A DNA stretch of 64,000 bases from assembly GCA_012295275.1 (NCBI GenBank), contig CM022666.1:2790001-2854000 (forward strand), written 5' to 3'. This DNA is from Chrysomallon squamiferum (taxonomy: Eukaryota; Animalia; Mollusca). Made by a program: the position numbers and the translations under genes. Below the pieces are notes generated by a model that was not told where the DNA came from, did not search any database, and saw nothing but the letters and a program-made list of their open reading frames with translations. Within the stretch, counting starts at the first letter, position 1, and each line of letters begins with the position of its first letter. Of the stretch, positions 46,228 through 58,800 are shown piece after piece.

Positions 46228-47822
46228 AAAACACCAGACGGAAGAAATTAAAAGACCATATAACGAAACCACAACAAAAAAAAAAAAATTTAATAACAAT
46301 AATGAGAATAAACGCAATAAAATGAAAAAAAAAAAAAAATTTCAACCTAACCATCATCATAAGCCAGACCACAATAAAACAGAATAATAACGAACGAAGA
46401 TTGAAAAATACAAAAAAATAAAAAAATAAATAAAGATGAGTCAATTAAGGCCTGACAGACAGACAGACAGACAGACAGACAGAGAGCAATTTCTGCCACA
46501 CAATCATCTTCCACTGTTATGGATATTGCGACAGACATGTGGTAATTACAATGATGCTCGGCAAATGAAGCAGAAGGAACAGCAAATCATGGCGTCCCAT
46601 CAAATAATTAGCCCAGGTCATCTAATTCTGTTCTTTTATTCTTCACTGCAGCAGACACACACATATCCATCTTGACCAAAAGCCAGGCACTTTATTGATT
46701 CAGCAGGTTTTTATTTTCAATATAAATGCTAATGCACATGTATGGAAATAGTGCAGCATGGCATCTTAATTATATCTTTTCTTCTTCTTTCTTCTTCTTT
46801 TTTTTTTTTTTTTTTTTTTATGTGATTTGAAAAATGGATACTTGTTGTATGAAACGTCACAAGATGGTTGCCAAGTACAAAAGAATACAAAGAAATCTAT
46901 AAAATTTTATTATTTTTTATTTTAATTTTTTTTTTTTTTCTTCTCTTAAATTCAAAAAAAAAAAAATTGGAAAAATTAATTTGGCTTTTTTTTATATATA
47001 TATTCATTTGAAAGTTATTTCTATTTTTTTTGGAAACAATTTTGTGTTCTTATGATAATTAAACAAAAATAACCTAAAACATAATGTTTTTCATTATTAA
47101 TAGTCAACATCAGATGGAATTTATTCATTTTTATTTTCTGGTATTTTATTTATTTTTTGTTATCTGTTCATGAAATATCTAATACTTATTTTCTGGTTAA
47201 AAACCCCCAGAAATATATTCATCACAGGACTATGTTCCTTATTTGTAAAAATAAAATCAGTAACGAAAAGCAATTTTTTTAATGATATTCCTGACTTTAA
47301 GAAAACCAAAATTTATTCTTAACATTTTCTTGCAACCGAAACCAGGACAAACTTCACGAAAAGCCAGGATTCCAGAAGAAATAAATTCCTTATTTTTAAA
47401 AAAAAAAAAATAAAATAAAAAAAAAATAAATTCTCATTTTCTTTGTAAGCGAAACCAGGAAATTTTTTCACAAAATGCCCAATTCGAAGAAAAACATAAT
47501 TTTTTTTTTTTTTTTTTAAATGTTTAAAAACCAATTCTCATTTTCCGGTAACCAAAACCAGAACATTTTTCACTAGAGGCCTCGTTAAATGTGAAGTATG
47601 CAGCTGTTTATTACTCAGTGTCAGACGATGCCTGAAAAACCAGGAAGACGCCAACACATTGTGAAGATGATACGACCCACATGTACGCAACAGAATCAGA
47701 ATTTCCCAGTGTGCAAGTGCAAATTGATTCAGACATCGGCAGCCTTACTCCATTACAAAAAATGCAGAGATTATCTTTTTTCTTCTTGAATATAATCTCT
47801 TTTTTTCTTCTTCTTCTTCGTG

Positions 47823-48103
47823 TATATTTTTATTCCTCTGTAGGAACGACAAGGAATATTCCTATATTTTTATTCCTCTGTAGGAACAACAAGGGAAATT
47901 CCTATATTTTTATTCCTCTGTAGGAACAACAAGGGAAATTCCTATATTTTTATTCCTCTGTAGGAACAACAAGAAATATTCCTAAATTTTTATTCCTCTG
48001 TAGGAACGACAAGGAATATTCCCATAATTTTATTCCTCTGCAGGAATGACAAGATATATTCCTATATTTTTATTCCTCTGTAGGAATGACAAGGAATATT
48101 CCT
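47823..48103. repeat. 40-bp minisatellite, 7 copies
   Basis: tattcctctg recurs at 47831, 47871, 47911, 47951, 47991, 48031 and 48071; unit tatatttttattcctctgtaggaacgacaaggaatattcc. Confidence 0.96.
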
Positions 48104-49638
48104 GAAGTCCCATGAGAGAGACGTTTTTTAAAGGATTTTAAAAATTTCTCTATTATATTGATTTATTATTATTATCATTGTCGTTATTGTTGCCACCACC
48201 ATCATCATCATTATTATTGCAGTAATAATAATTGTTATTACCATGTCAGACACTATTGATTCCACTACAATACTGAAAGACAGAATCTTTACTTCTGTAA
48301 TTATAGTCATCTTTTGTTATTTTTATTTTTTACCTTTTTTTTTTTTGACTTTGGAAATCCTATTCAATTTTTTTTCTATTATTATTTTTATTTATATATA
48401 GCCTATATGTATTTTTTTTGTTTTTTTTTTTTTACATTTGGGATATTCTAAATGTTTATTGTTATGTTTTTTGTATTTACTATAAATAAGTAAATTAAAT
48501 ATGTATGTTTTAAAAGCAGTGCAAACAAATGAGAGAGACAAATGAAAAAGATTTGAAAAAAAAAAATATATATAATAATTTTCATTTTATGATCTAACAA
48601 AACAAGACTTGGCATATTATTAAAACAACTGTTTTCATATATTAATAACTGCGACAATTATAATTATTATCATCATTATTGTTACCAGTACTACCACTAT
48701 TATCATCATCATCATCATCATCATCATTATTTGTTACCAAATAATAACAGTAGTAGCTCTAATATCATGCATAGATGCTTAATATTACCCACATTTTTAT
48801 TATTATCATAATTTCAATTCCAAAAATTACTATTAAAATTTACAAAATCTTAGGTCTAAACTGCACCTATTTTACAAAATTATTTTAGCAAACTGGATTA
48901 GGTTTGACCTTTTCACTTTAAGGTTATGCAAATAGTGAATTTGCTGATGGCTGTATTATTAATATCATTTTTTTTTAAATGACTACTTTTGGGGTTTTTT
49001 AAAACTATCATTATTTATCCATCATTCTGTACAAAATCTTGAAGCACTGATTATAAAACCATGAAAAACTGCTTGCTTAAAATGTGTGCATATGATAAAA
49101 CTGCTATTATCATGAATAAAACAGCCAAATGTTCCCAGGGAACATGTTCTGCATATAATTATTTCTAACATGAATAGAACAGATCAGTTTTGATATTCAC
49201 AACATTTGCTGCAGCTCAAAAAAAAAAAAAAACCAACAACAGAAGGTTAAATGATAACATCACTTTTTACATGTTGCATATATTTGTATGTGTTATATGT
49301 GTATTTATGTGTGCATATGTGTGTGTATATGTAGGTGTGTGTATGACTATGTTATTTATTTGTGTCCAGTATAATCATACCTTTTCTGAAATCCTTAAGA
49401 ACAAAATATTAAATTAATAGTCTGAAGGGTTCTATGTTATAAAGGACAAATTAGATTGGACACAGAAATCCTATACTATCACTAACATAGATACACTGCA
49501 ACAGACAGAAAAACAAAACAAATCATGTATTTTAGAAGAACTGTAAACTATTTAAATACACACAGACCAACATACAGACAGACGTATTTTAACAAACTCC
49601 ATTTCCATTCTTAGATATTGTTTTATTTTTATATTTTA

Positions 49639-49698
<60 letters not shown>

Positions 49699-50394
49699 TC
49701 TTTTTTTCTTTATAGAAATTTAAATGTTTAGGTTTAGCAAAATATTTAATGTTTTGAGTAGAAATATATGACAGATTATTTGAAAAAGATTAGAAATTAA
49801 AAAAAAAATGGTCTATATTTTTCATTAATGTAGGTTTCACAAAATAAATATATATTTTTATATTTTATTATATTACATTATTTATTTATTTATTATTGTT
49901 GTTTGCTGTTGCTTTCTTTTACTTTTTTGTTCTAGGACATATAACATAAAAGGTTTGTGTGTGTATTTGTCTGAGTATGTATATGTGTAAAGGTGCTTGA
50001 ATGTGTGTGCATGTGTGTGCATGTTTGTGTATGTGTGTGAATATGTACTTTATATCTAACTGTGCATAAACATAATATACTATTATTATTTGAAGTTTAC
50101 TCTTAAACTTTTTATAAACCTGAATGCAACCACATTCTTTAATACAGTAAAAATGCAATATCCAAAATGAAATTGCAGACATCAATTTCTATTGGCTCTG
50201 AACAAAAGAAGGAGGGGCATGGCATGCAAATTTCAAATGAAAGGTAAACTGATTGGTTGAAATGAAAAAAGTTATGGAGTAACTTGTAATCAACAGTGAA
50301 AAAAATGAACACAAGTAATAATAATAATAATAGCAATAATAAACCAATAAAATAAATAAATAAATAAATAAATAAATAAAATAAATAAATAAAA

Positions 50395-50425
<31 letters not shown>

Positions 50426-50641
50426 AACAAATAAATAAATAAATAAATAAATAAACAAAATAAACAAAATAAACAAATAAAAAAAAAAAACAAATAAAAA
50501 AAATAAACAAAAATGGTCTGGCATCTGAGAAAGAAACACAAATAATTCATTCAAACATATAAACATTTCATTCCATTTTTTTTTAAAATTTTATTTAAAC
50601 AAGAAAAATAAACAAAAAAACAAAAAAAAGGACAGACGTAC

Positions 50642-50845
50642 CTTGATGGAATCGAAGCAGGCTATCACTCGGCCATTCTGCACCTCCACGTGGGGTGGGG
50701 GGTGCGCAAACTTGCACTCGTTCTCGGTGCGCGTGCACTTGCTGCGCTGGAACTCTCGGCACACCTCGAGAGTCAACCAGCGCGAGTCCTTGACATTGGG
50801 GTTGGGTGCCGGCTGCAAATTGATCATTTGATTCACCATGGCCAT
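50642..50845 (-). CDS. mbl: Muscleblind-like CCCH zinc-finger splicing regulator, first coding exon (ZnF1 and start of ZnF2), 68 codons
   Basis: Translates to [68 protein letters not shown]. It has the [14 protein letters not shown] box, a CX7CX6CX3H finger and the [10 protein letters not shown] motif. First ATG at 50845; ends at phase-0 donor AAG|GTACGT (intron starts 50641). Confidence 0.97.
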
Positions 50846-51295
50846 AACCAAGTTTGAGGCTTGGTCGTCGTGGTTACAGTGGTGATGCTAGGGAAAGACG
50901 AGGGGCTTCAAAAACGGGGTTAAGCAGATTTGTGGAAATCACCATTAATGTGATCTTTGACACTTTAGCTTCTATTTCCTCCTTCAGTTTTTTTTTGAAT
51001 ATACTGTTGTTGTTGTTGTTATCGATGTTGACAAAAGAGGAACAGGTGAGATGAAGAAAAGACCAAAAAAAAAAAAAAAAATATGGTTCTCAAAAATCCA
51101 AATTTTTTGTGTTTGGCTAACAAGTACTTCCACAAATTACACAAATCTTGCACTAAACACACTGGTACACTTCCAGAAGCAAGAGACTAAACAAATGTGT
51201 TATAGGTTCTACAAAAAAAAATACAACTGTTTCGTTCCAGGCAGGCTTCTATAACTTGTGCTCACGTTTTTGATGTTCCTTCCAATTTACAACAT
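50846..51295 (-). other. mbl: Predicted 5' UTR part of the ATG-containing mbl exon (whole exon 51295-50642, 654 nt)
   Basis: Strong acceptor ttttcatttttttttttgtttgtttcatttcAG|ATGTTG (AG at 51297-51296). An exon carrying most of the 5' UTR plus ZnF1 is the known architecture of fly mbl and human MBNL1. A weaker alternative AG lies near 51005. Confidence 0.65.
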
Positions 51296-51808
51296 CTGAA
51301 ATGAAACAAACAAAAAAAAAATGAAAATAAGAATTAAATATTGCATCCTGATTACATATTAATAATACATTTTGCATGCACACACATGCACACACAGATA
51401 TATAGAATTACATCTACAGAATGAATAACTACTAATTAAAAAAAAAAAAAAAAAATTGATGAAAACTCCTAATTAAAAACACAAAACAAAAAAAAACTTG
51501 TGTTTCTATAATTACAAGTCCTCTGAACTTCAAAAACAAATAAATAAAAGCTGAAGTAATCACCCCATTTTTCCAAATTAAAAATGATATTTGTTTCTGT
51601 AGCCAACAAACATGAAATACTGTCAACATTCAACAACCCAAGTTTTTTTTTTTTTTTCTGATTTAGTGAAGCTGAAATTACACAAAATAAAACAAACATT
51701 TGTGAAAGATAAAGTCAACTATTACTTGAAAAAAATAAATAAAAATAAATTTTTTTAAAAATATAAAAAATACAGAACAGCCTCAGCTCATATATACTTG
51801 GAGAGGGG

Positions 51809-51851
<43 letters not shown>

Positions 51852-52260
51852 TATTAAAGTTTGTATTTTATTCTGCATAATTTCAGCTTTTCTGAATCAG
51901 AAAATAAAAAACACTGGGGGTTACTCAGTGACAATAATACTTCTCATTTTTTCACCTACAAAAACAAATATTATTTCCGAAAGTGCAAACAGTACCAAAA
52001 ATTAAATACGACTTCAAAGAAGGGGACGATTTTTGTCAACAACAGAAAAATACATAATTTATCAGACAACAGGCAATGCTAGGACTGAAAAAAAATATAT
52101 ATATACTGTGTCTGTGCAAGTGCAAAGTTCTACACAGTAACACCATGACCCAGGTGAACAAACAGAACATGCTTTTATTAACGAGTCAGAGTGGTGTTAA
52201 AAAAACAGACAGACGCACTGCACCGACAGGTAGGGTTACAGGTGACTAATCTGTCAAAGG

Positions 52261-53225
52261 GTCACACTCTGTCACACCAGTACACGATGATAGCCAGACA
52301 CTGTCACACCAGTACACGATGATAGCCAGACATTGTCACACCAGGACACAATGATAGCCAGACACTGTCACACACCAGAACACGATGATAGCCAGACATT
52401 GTCACACCAGTACATGATGATAGCCAGACACTGTCACACCAGTACACGATGATAGCCAGACACTGTCACCCCAGTACACGATGATAGCCAGACACTGTCA
52501 CACACCAGTACACGATGATAGCCAGACACTGTCACACCAGTACATGATGATAGCCAGACACTGTCACACCAGTACATGATGATAGCCAGACACTGTCACA
52601 CCAGTTCATGTTGACAACCAAACACTGTCACACCAGTTCATGTTGACAACCAAACACTGTCACACCAGTTCATGTTGACAACCAGTACATGATGATAGCC
52701 AGACACTGTGAACCAGTTCATGTTGACAACCAAACACTGTCAACCAGTACATATTGATAGCCAAAGTGACAACCAGTTCATGTTGACATCCAAACATTGT
52801 CAACCAGTACACGATGATAGCCAGACACTGTCACACCAGTACACGATGATAGCCAGACACTGTCAGACCAGAACACGATGATAGCCAGACACTGTCACAC
52901 CAGTACACGATGATAGCCAGACACTGTCACACCAGTACACGATGATAGCCAGACACTGTCAGACCAGTACAAGATGATAGCCAGACACTGTCACACACCA
53001 GTACACGATGATAGCCAGACACTGTCACACACCAGTACACGATGATAGCCAAACACTGTCAACCAGTTCATGTTGACAACCAAACATTGTCAACCAGTTC
53101 ATGTTGACAACCAAACACTGTCAAACAGTACACGATGATAGCCAGACACTGTCACACCAGTTCATATTGACAACCAAACACTGTCAACACCAGTTCATTT
53201 TGACAACCAAACACTGTCAACCACC
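52261..53225. repeat. ~32-bp minisatellite, ~30 copies of two interleaved variants, decaying to ~53520
   Basis: Variant A ctgtcacaccagtacacgatgatagccagaca (period 32); variant B ctgtca(c)accagttcatgttgacaaccaaaca. Confidence 0.96.
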
Positions 53226-54419
53226 ATATATTGTCAGTCAAACAATACAAACTGTCAACCAAAGCGAGTATTAAGCTTTATCAACCAATTTATGTCATTA
53301 ACCTATGTGGGCATTAACCACTGGTAACCAACTGGTCATAATTACTGCATTAAATACTGTGTGAACTGATGTAGGTGTCAAACATCTTCAACCACTACTT
53401 ACTGTCAACCAAACAGATGTTAACCAATATCAACCAATGTAAATATTAACCACTGTCAACCAGTACATACTGTCAACCATTAAACATTAACCAATCTGGG
53501 TTTTAAACAGTGTCAACCAACATATGGTGGGCCCAAACATTTACCTGTTTAGGCTTTAAAATGCAATTAATAGCACTTTTATGTCTCAACGCATGGATGC
53601 AAAACATTATTCAAATGCAATATCATTACTTATTTCTGTGTAAATTTTATTTCTTCATAATTGGTGTCGGAAGCCATTTTCCTTTATAGTTTTTTATTTG
53701 ATCCTATCACATCTCTTTCCCTTCATTTCCTTTCAGTATTTTATACTCTCTCTTACTGAATCCAGATTTTACACATGACCATTTCTCTATGGCACATGTC
53801 TCCTGTCATTTTCGGTGACAATTTTTATTAATATTATTTTTATTTTATTTATTTTTTCTGATAAAAAAAATCTGACTCACAGTTTCCAGATTTCTGAACC
53901 ACACCCTATCAGAATTATTATTTTTTTTATGTATTAGTTTCAGCGCCCCATAATTATTCTATTTCATTAGATCATTTTTTGGATCAGGTTATGAAAGTCC
54001 ATGCAATAACTACTCCACCTTTAAAATTATTATTATTATTTTATTTTTTTTGATTTAAATTTCTGAAGTAATTTTTTCAAAACACATCTTAACCCCCCCT
54101 CTGCCGACATCATTTTGTTGACTATTTATTTCTCTGTGGTCGAAATATGTAACAGGTCTTTTCAAAACCTCTCCCTCCATACCCTGGAGACCCTCTCCAT
54201 CCATCCCCTGGCAATTTCCCCCCTTGCATCCTATTGATTGTGTGAGTGTTGTTTCTGGCACAGCATTTTCACCTGACCTCATATCCTTTCCTCATCGCCA
54301 TCCAGATAAATACCATCTGTTATTACACCATTAAGCAAATATCTGTCACTCTGCAAATCCATTAACATTCTCCAGCATTCGCCCTGAATTCATTCAACTC
54401 ACCACAACAGGCCGAAAAA

Positions 54420-54720
54420 CACAAGACATGTTTCATAAAAATCCATCAATATTTATCCAGTGCTTTTTTTTTTCCCCCACACATCGAAAACAATGCACAG
54501 TTACAGACACACAGACAGACATATTTCTGAAAACCTATTAATGTTATCCAGTGTTTTTTCGCACATCAAAAACAAGGCACAGTTACAGACAGACATATTT
54601 TTGACAATCTATTAATGATATCCAGTGTTTAAATAGTGTCACAGTAACACATAGATAGAGATATTTAAGAAAATCCTGTTAATATTATCCAAGTTTTGTT
54701 CTATTAAATAGACATATATA
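54420..54720. repeat. Degenerate tandem repeat, 3-4 copies of ~65-110 bp
   Basis: attaatgttatccagtg...cacatc.aaaaacaa.gcacagttacagaca recurs. Confidence 0.65.
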
Positions 54721-55821
54721 GGAAAAGACAGAAGACAGAGATATCTATATTTTAAATCAATATGTTGTAGTTTAACCAATCCATTTAAATTCTTTATTTT
54801 CTAGAGGTATTAAATAAATACTGTTAACACTGCACAAAATATCACACAAACACACACACACACACACAGACACACAGACACACATACATGACGTAATGTC
54901 TTAAATGAAATATCCTTCCTTGTGAAAATCAATTAACATTGCATTACGTTTAATGCAGACGTCCACAGAAACAGACACACCCAGGTGATAAAATTAATAA
55001 ATAGCACTTGGTGAATACATTAATGTAACTGTCGTATTAAACACTTCCACCCCCACATGCACACAGACACACTCGCACTCAGCATGTATGCAAAAACAGA
55101 GCTGACAGCAACGTACAGACAGACATTTACAAACAAACAAAACGCAAAGATGGACACCAGTTCCCACAGGCATTTATTTAAACAACAGTCCCAAAAAAAT
55201 CTATAACTTACTAAATACATTAACACTGTGTAACAGTAATTTAAATGAAATAACGCACTGACAAACAGACAGACAGGCACTATGTCAAGCACCAACAAAA
55301 CAATTGAGACTTTAACAAAATTATTATACAAACACACACACACACACACACAGACACACACTTAACATATACATAACTATCTACCTACATACCAATACAC
55401 ATCACATTCCTATTTACTTATATATATATAAATATAACACACAACTATTGTCCTTCATACAAATACAAAACTGTCTACCTACATACCTATATATATATAT
55501 ACACATGTATATCTACCAACATATACAAACATAACACACAACTATATACCTACATACACACACGTAACAAACACATGTTCCTGCCTATCAAACTATGTAC
55601 AAACACGCAACACACACACATTCCAATCCTTTAGAAGAATTAAATATACATACCAAAAAAGTGAAAGGCAGACACACAAACAGACAAAAAAGCATCTTCA
55701 CAGCAAGGCAGCTAGAAAGCAAATGAGAGCGAGAACTCTCCAGCGATACATCTACTTTCTAATAGCTTATATCTCGATTAATTGTAAAGTTATAAATTAT
55801 TCATGCAGAAGATTTTTTAAA

Positions 55822-55857
<36 letters not shown>

Positions 55858-58800
55858 CTTCCTGCCTCTTTCTCAATTGGATGTTCTCCAACTTAATTTC
55901 AGTTTTGCTGTGGGTTTTTTTTTTTTTTTTTTGTTCTTGTTTTATTTTTTCGTTTGTTTTTTTTTCTTTAGCAGTTCACAGTTTTATATGCTTCATTGCT
56001 CTGTGAGTTCTCTGGAAACCACTGTTTTATTGTTTTAAAAGTAATTCAGTGTTTTAAAAAGGAATTTAGTGCTACTTATTTTCAAATAAAAAAATATTTT
56101 AATTTTTTTACTCAATTCTGAATAGATTTCATTCTTGCTTTAACATGTGATAAAAAAAAAAAAGAAAAAAAAAAAGGGTAAATCTATTTAAAGATTTTTT
56201 ATGAATAGTTTTATTTTTCTCAGAGTTAATTCACTTCATGATTCAAAATTCTATTTAATTATTTCTTACTAGAAATTTCTCTCATATTTTGGAAAACGTT
56301 TAATAATTAAAATATTTCTGATTTCAAAAAACTATTTATCTTTATACTGATACAAATAATACAAACAAATTGTTTTTCTTTCACAAACATACTCTCAAGT
56401 TTCTCTCCTAAAAAAACGAAATAAAGATTTTCTGATAAAAAGCACATATATTTGATACATACTTCTCGCAGAGACAGATGTAAATTCCTCTCTCTCTCTC
56501 TCTCTCTCTCTCCCTCTCTCTCTCTCTCCCTTTCTCCCCTCCTCTCCCTTTCTCCCCTCCTCACAGTATAACTACAAATTTAACGCACGCCAAACCGCTA
56601 TTACAAAAAGTAACAAATTCTAAAACCGTTTTTTTTTTTTTATCATTTTTTTATCTTTTTCCTTTTTTTAACAAAATAATAGCCTTCATTTCTTTTTTCT
56701 TTTCTTAAACAGTATTATAACTGAAACCTTACACTTCATGCATCCTTTGTGCTGTGCATCACAAAAGCAAAATCGATATAATTCAAACAGCAAGGGGTGG
56801 GTGTGTGTGTGATGCTTTTGCTCTGACGGCAGACATCTGAATGTGGGACGCAGGTTATGAAAGCAAAGCTAAATAATTGGACAGGGGCTAGGTGAAGGAA
56901 GAGGCGAGGGACGAGGTTAACAACAGCCAATTATTTAATAACGATATATATTTTTTTTTTTTTTTACAATTGCCCAGTGTTGGGAAATGGTGATTTTTTT
57001 GTAACAGGTCTGGTATTCAATTAATTACATTGTGATTTGAAGTGACTTTGATAAAAAAAAAAAATAATAATAATAAATAAAATAATAATAAAAAAATAAT
57101 AATTAAAAAAAAAAAAAATTTAAAATATTTCTAATGATGGATGTGTGTGATTAAGTAAAAGTTGTGGTGGTAATATATGTCTGTTTATCTGTGTCTGTGT
57201 GTGTGTGTGTATGTGTGTTTGACAGTTATACGAAGGTGTTCTGTTGTATTTTGTGCTGCTTCTGCTATGTTTTTCGTATTTTCTTTCTTTTTCTTTGCAG
57301 TCTTTGAATTTATCTTTGTGTTACATTTACTAAGTATCTTTCTTTTCATCTCTCCTGACTCTTTCTCTTTATCATTTTCTTTCTACTTTTTCTCTCATCT
57401 GTACTTTTTCCCTTTCCATTCAAATTGTGGGGTTTTTTTTCACTCCTTTTACTTCTCTTTATCTTTCTCTGTCAGTATATTTTCATCCATTCATCCTCTC
57501 GTTCATTTATTTTTTCTTTCTTCCTGGCTTTTCTCTTCCATCTCATTTTCAAAAAAAAACACTTTTTATTTCTCCCCTTTTTTCTTCTTTCTTTTATCCC
57601 TTTTTATTTTATGTTTCTATCACTATACATCACTCTTTTTATCTTTAAAACCTTTTAAAAATTTCCCTTAGTGACATTCTAACCACGAACGTCTCTCTGG
57701 CTGTCTGTTTAAAAATATCTCTTCACTTTTACCTAAATGGCTAATTATCCTTCTGTCCTGATGTCTGTCCACCTACTCTTTATCTGTCCTCTTTGTTCTA
57801 ATGTGTGTGTGTCTGTCCACCCATTCCTATTTTTATTACTAATTATTTACCAGTTTTGTTTTACAATTTCCCTAATCTCTGCATCTGTCTGTCTGTTTGT
57901 CCACAACAGTTATTTTTACTAACACACATCATTAACGATCTCTTTTTGTCCAACCCCGTCCTTTCATCTGTCTGTCCATATTCTCTTAATTTTTTTTTTT
58001 TAAATTTAAATTTTTTTTTTGCAGTTTCCCTTTCTTCCATTCCATATATATAATTCTGTGTCCATAACTCTTCTTTTAATTTTTTTAATTTTTAATTCTT
58101 ACTTTTTAATTTTTATTACACTTGAATGCAAGTGTTCATAATCAGAAGGACTTCTCGACACCTTACAATTTCTCGACAAAAACGTGACCAAAATTTTTCT
58201 ATTTTTGATGATATAACCTTGAGCGACTTGAACTGTGGGTAACTGAAGTAATTATTTAAACAGATACAGAAAATAAAAATGGATGCTTCCTCATTTAAAA
58301 CCCGATATGTGTTGGAATAAAAGTAAAACTGATAAGTTTAGATCAGTTAAATATTACCACGACTGTAATAAATGTAAACGTCATGTGAAACACTTTCTGT
58401 TACAAAATACAATTAAAATATACAGTAGATTAATCAATTTAAACCAAAGTTTACACAGTTTAATATTATCATACTTGTAATATGTATTTTCAAAATAAAA
58501 GGTATAACATGAAACATTTTTCAATTACAAAAATAATTAAAATATATAGCTGATTGATCAGTTTGCACCGAAATTGTGACAAATAAAAATGATTATGCAT
58601 ATTTTTCTAGATTTATCAAATGCAAAAACGATTTGAATATTAATATTTTTTTTAATAAAAATTATTGACGAGTAATTTAAATGCATAAAATTTAATCAGT
58701 TTATGTCAAATCTTGCACAGTTTATAATTATTATGTTGTATTTATTTATATATTTATTAAAAATAATTATAATAAAAATAAAAATAAATCTAACAAACTG

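Noticed and set aside
50643-50831. Plus-strand ORFs opposite the mbl exons (also 6050-6280)
   Set aside because: These are antisense shadows of GC-richer coding exons.
50846-50851. ORF-track start at 50851 (MVMAM...) and its tail to 50591
   Set aside because: 50851 is a TTG codon and the first ATG is 50845. The tail VRLSFF... is intron read-through past the GTACGT donor.
37107-53225. 32-40 bp repeat arrays as CRISPR arrays or repeat proteins (e.g. ORF 37222-37467)
   Set aside because: The units are head-to-tail with no unique spacers, there are no cas genes, and the context is a eukaryotic intron. The ORF exists only because 39 is divisible by 3.
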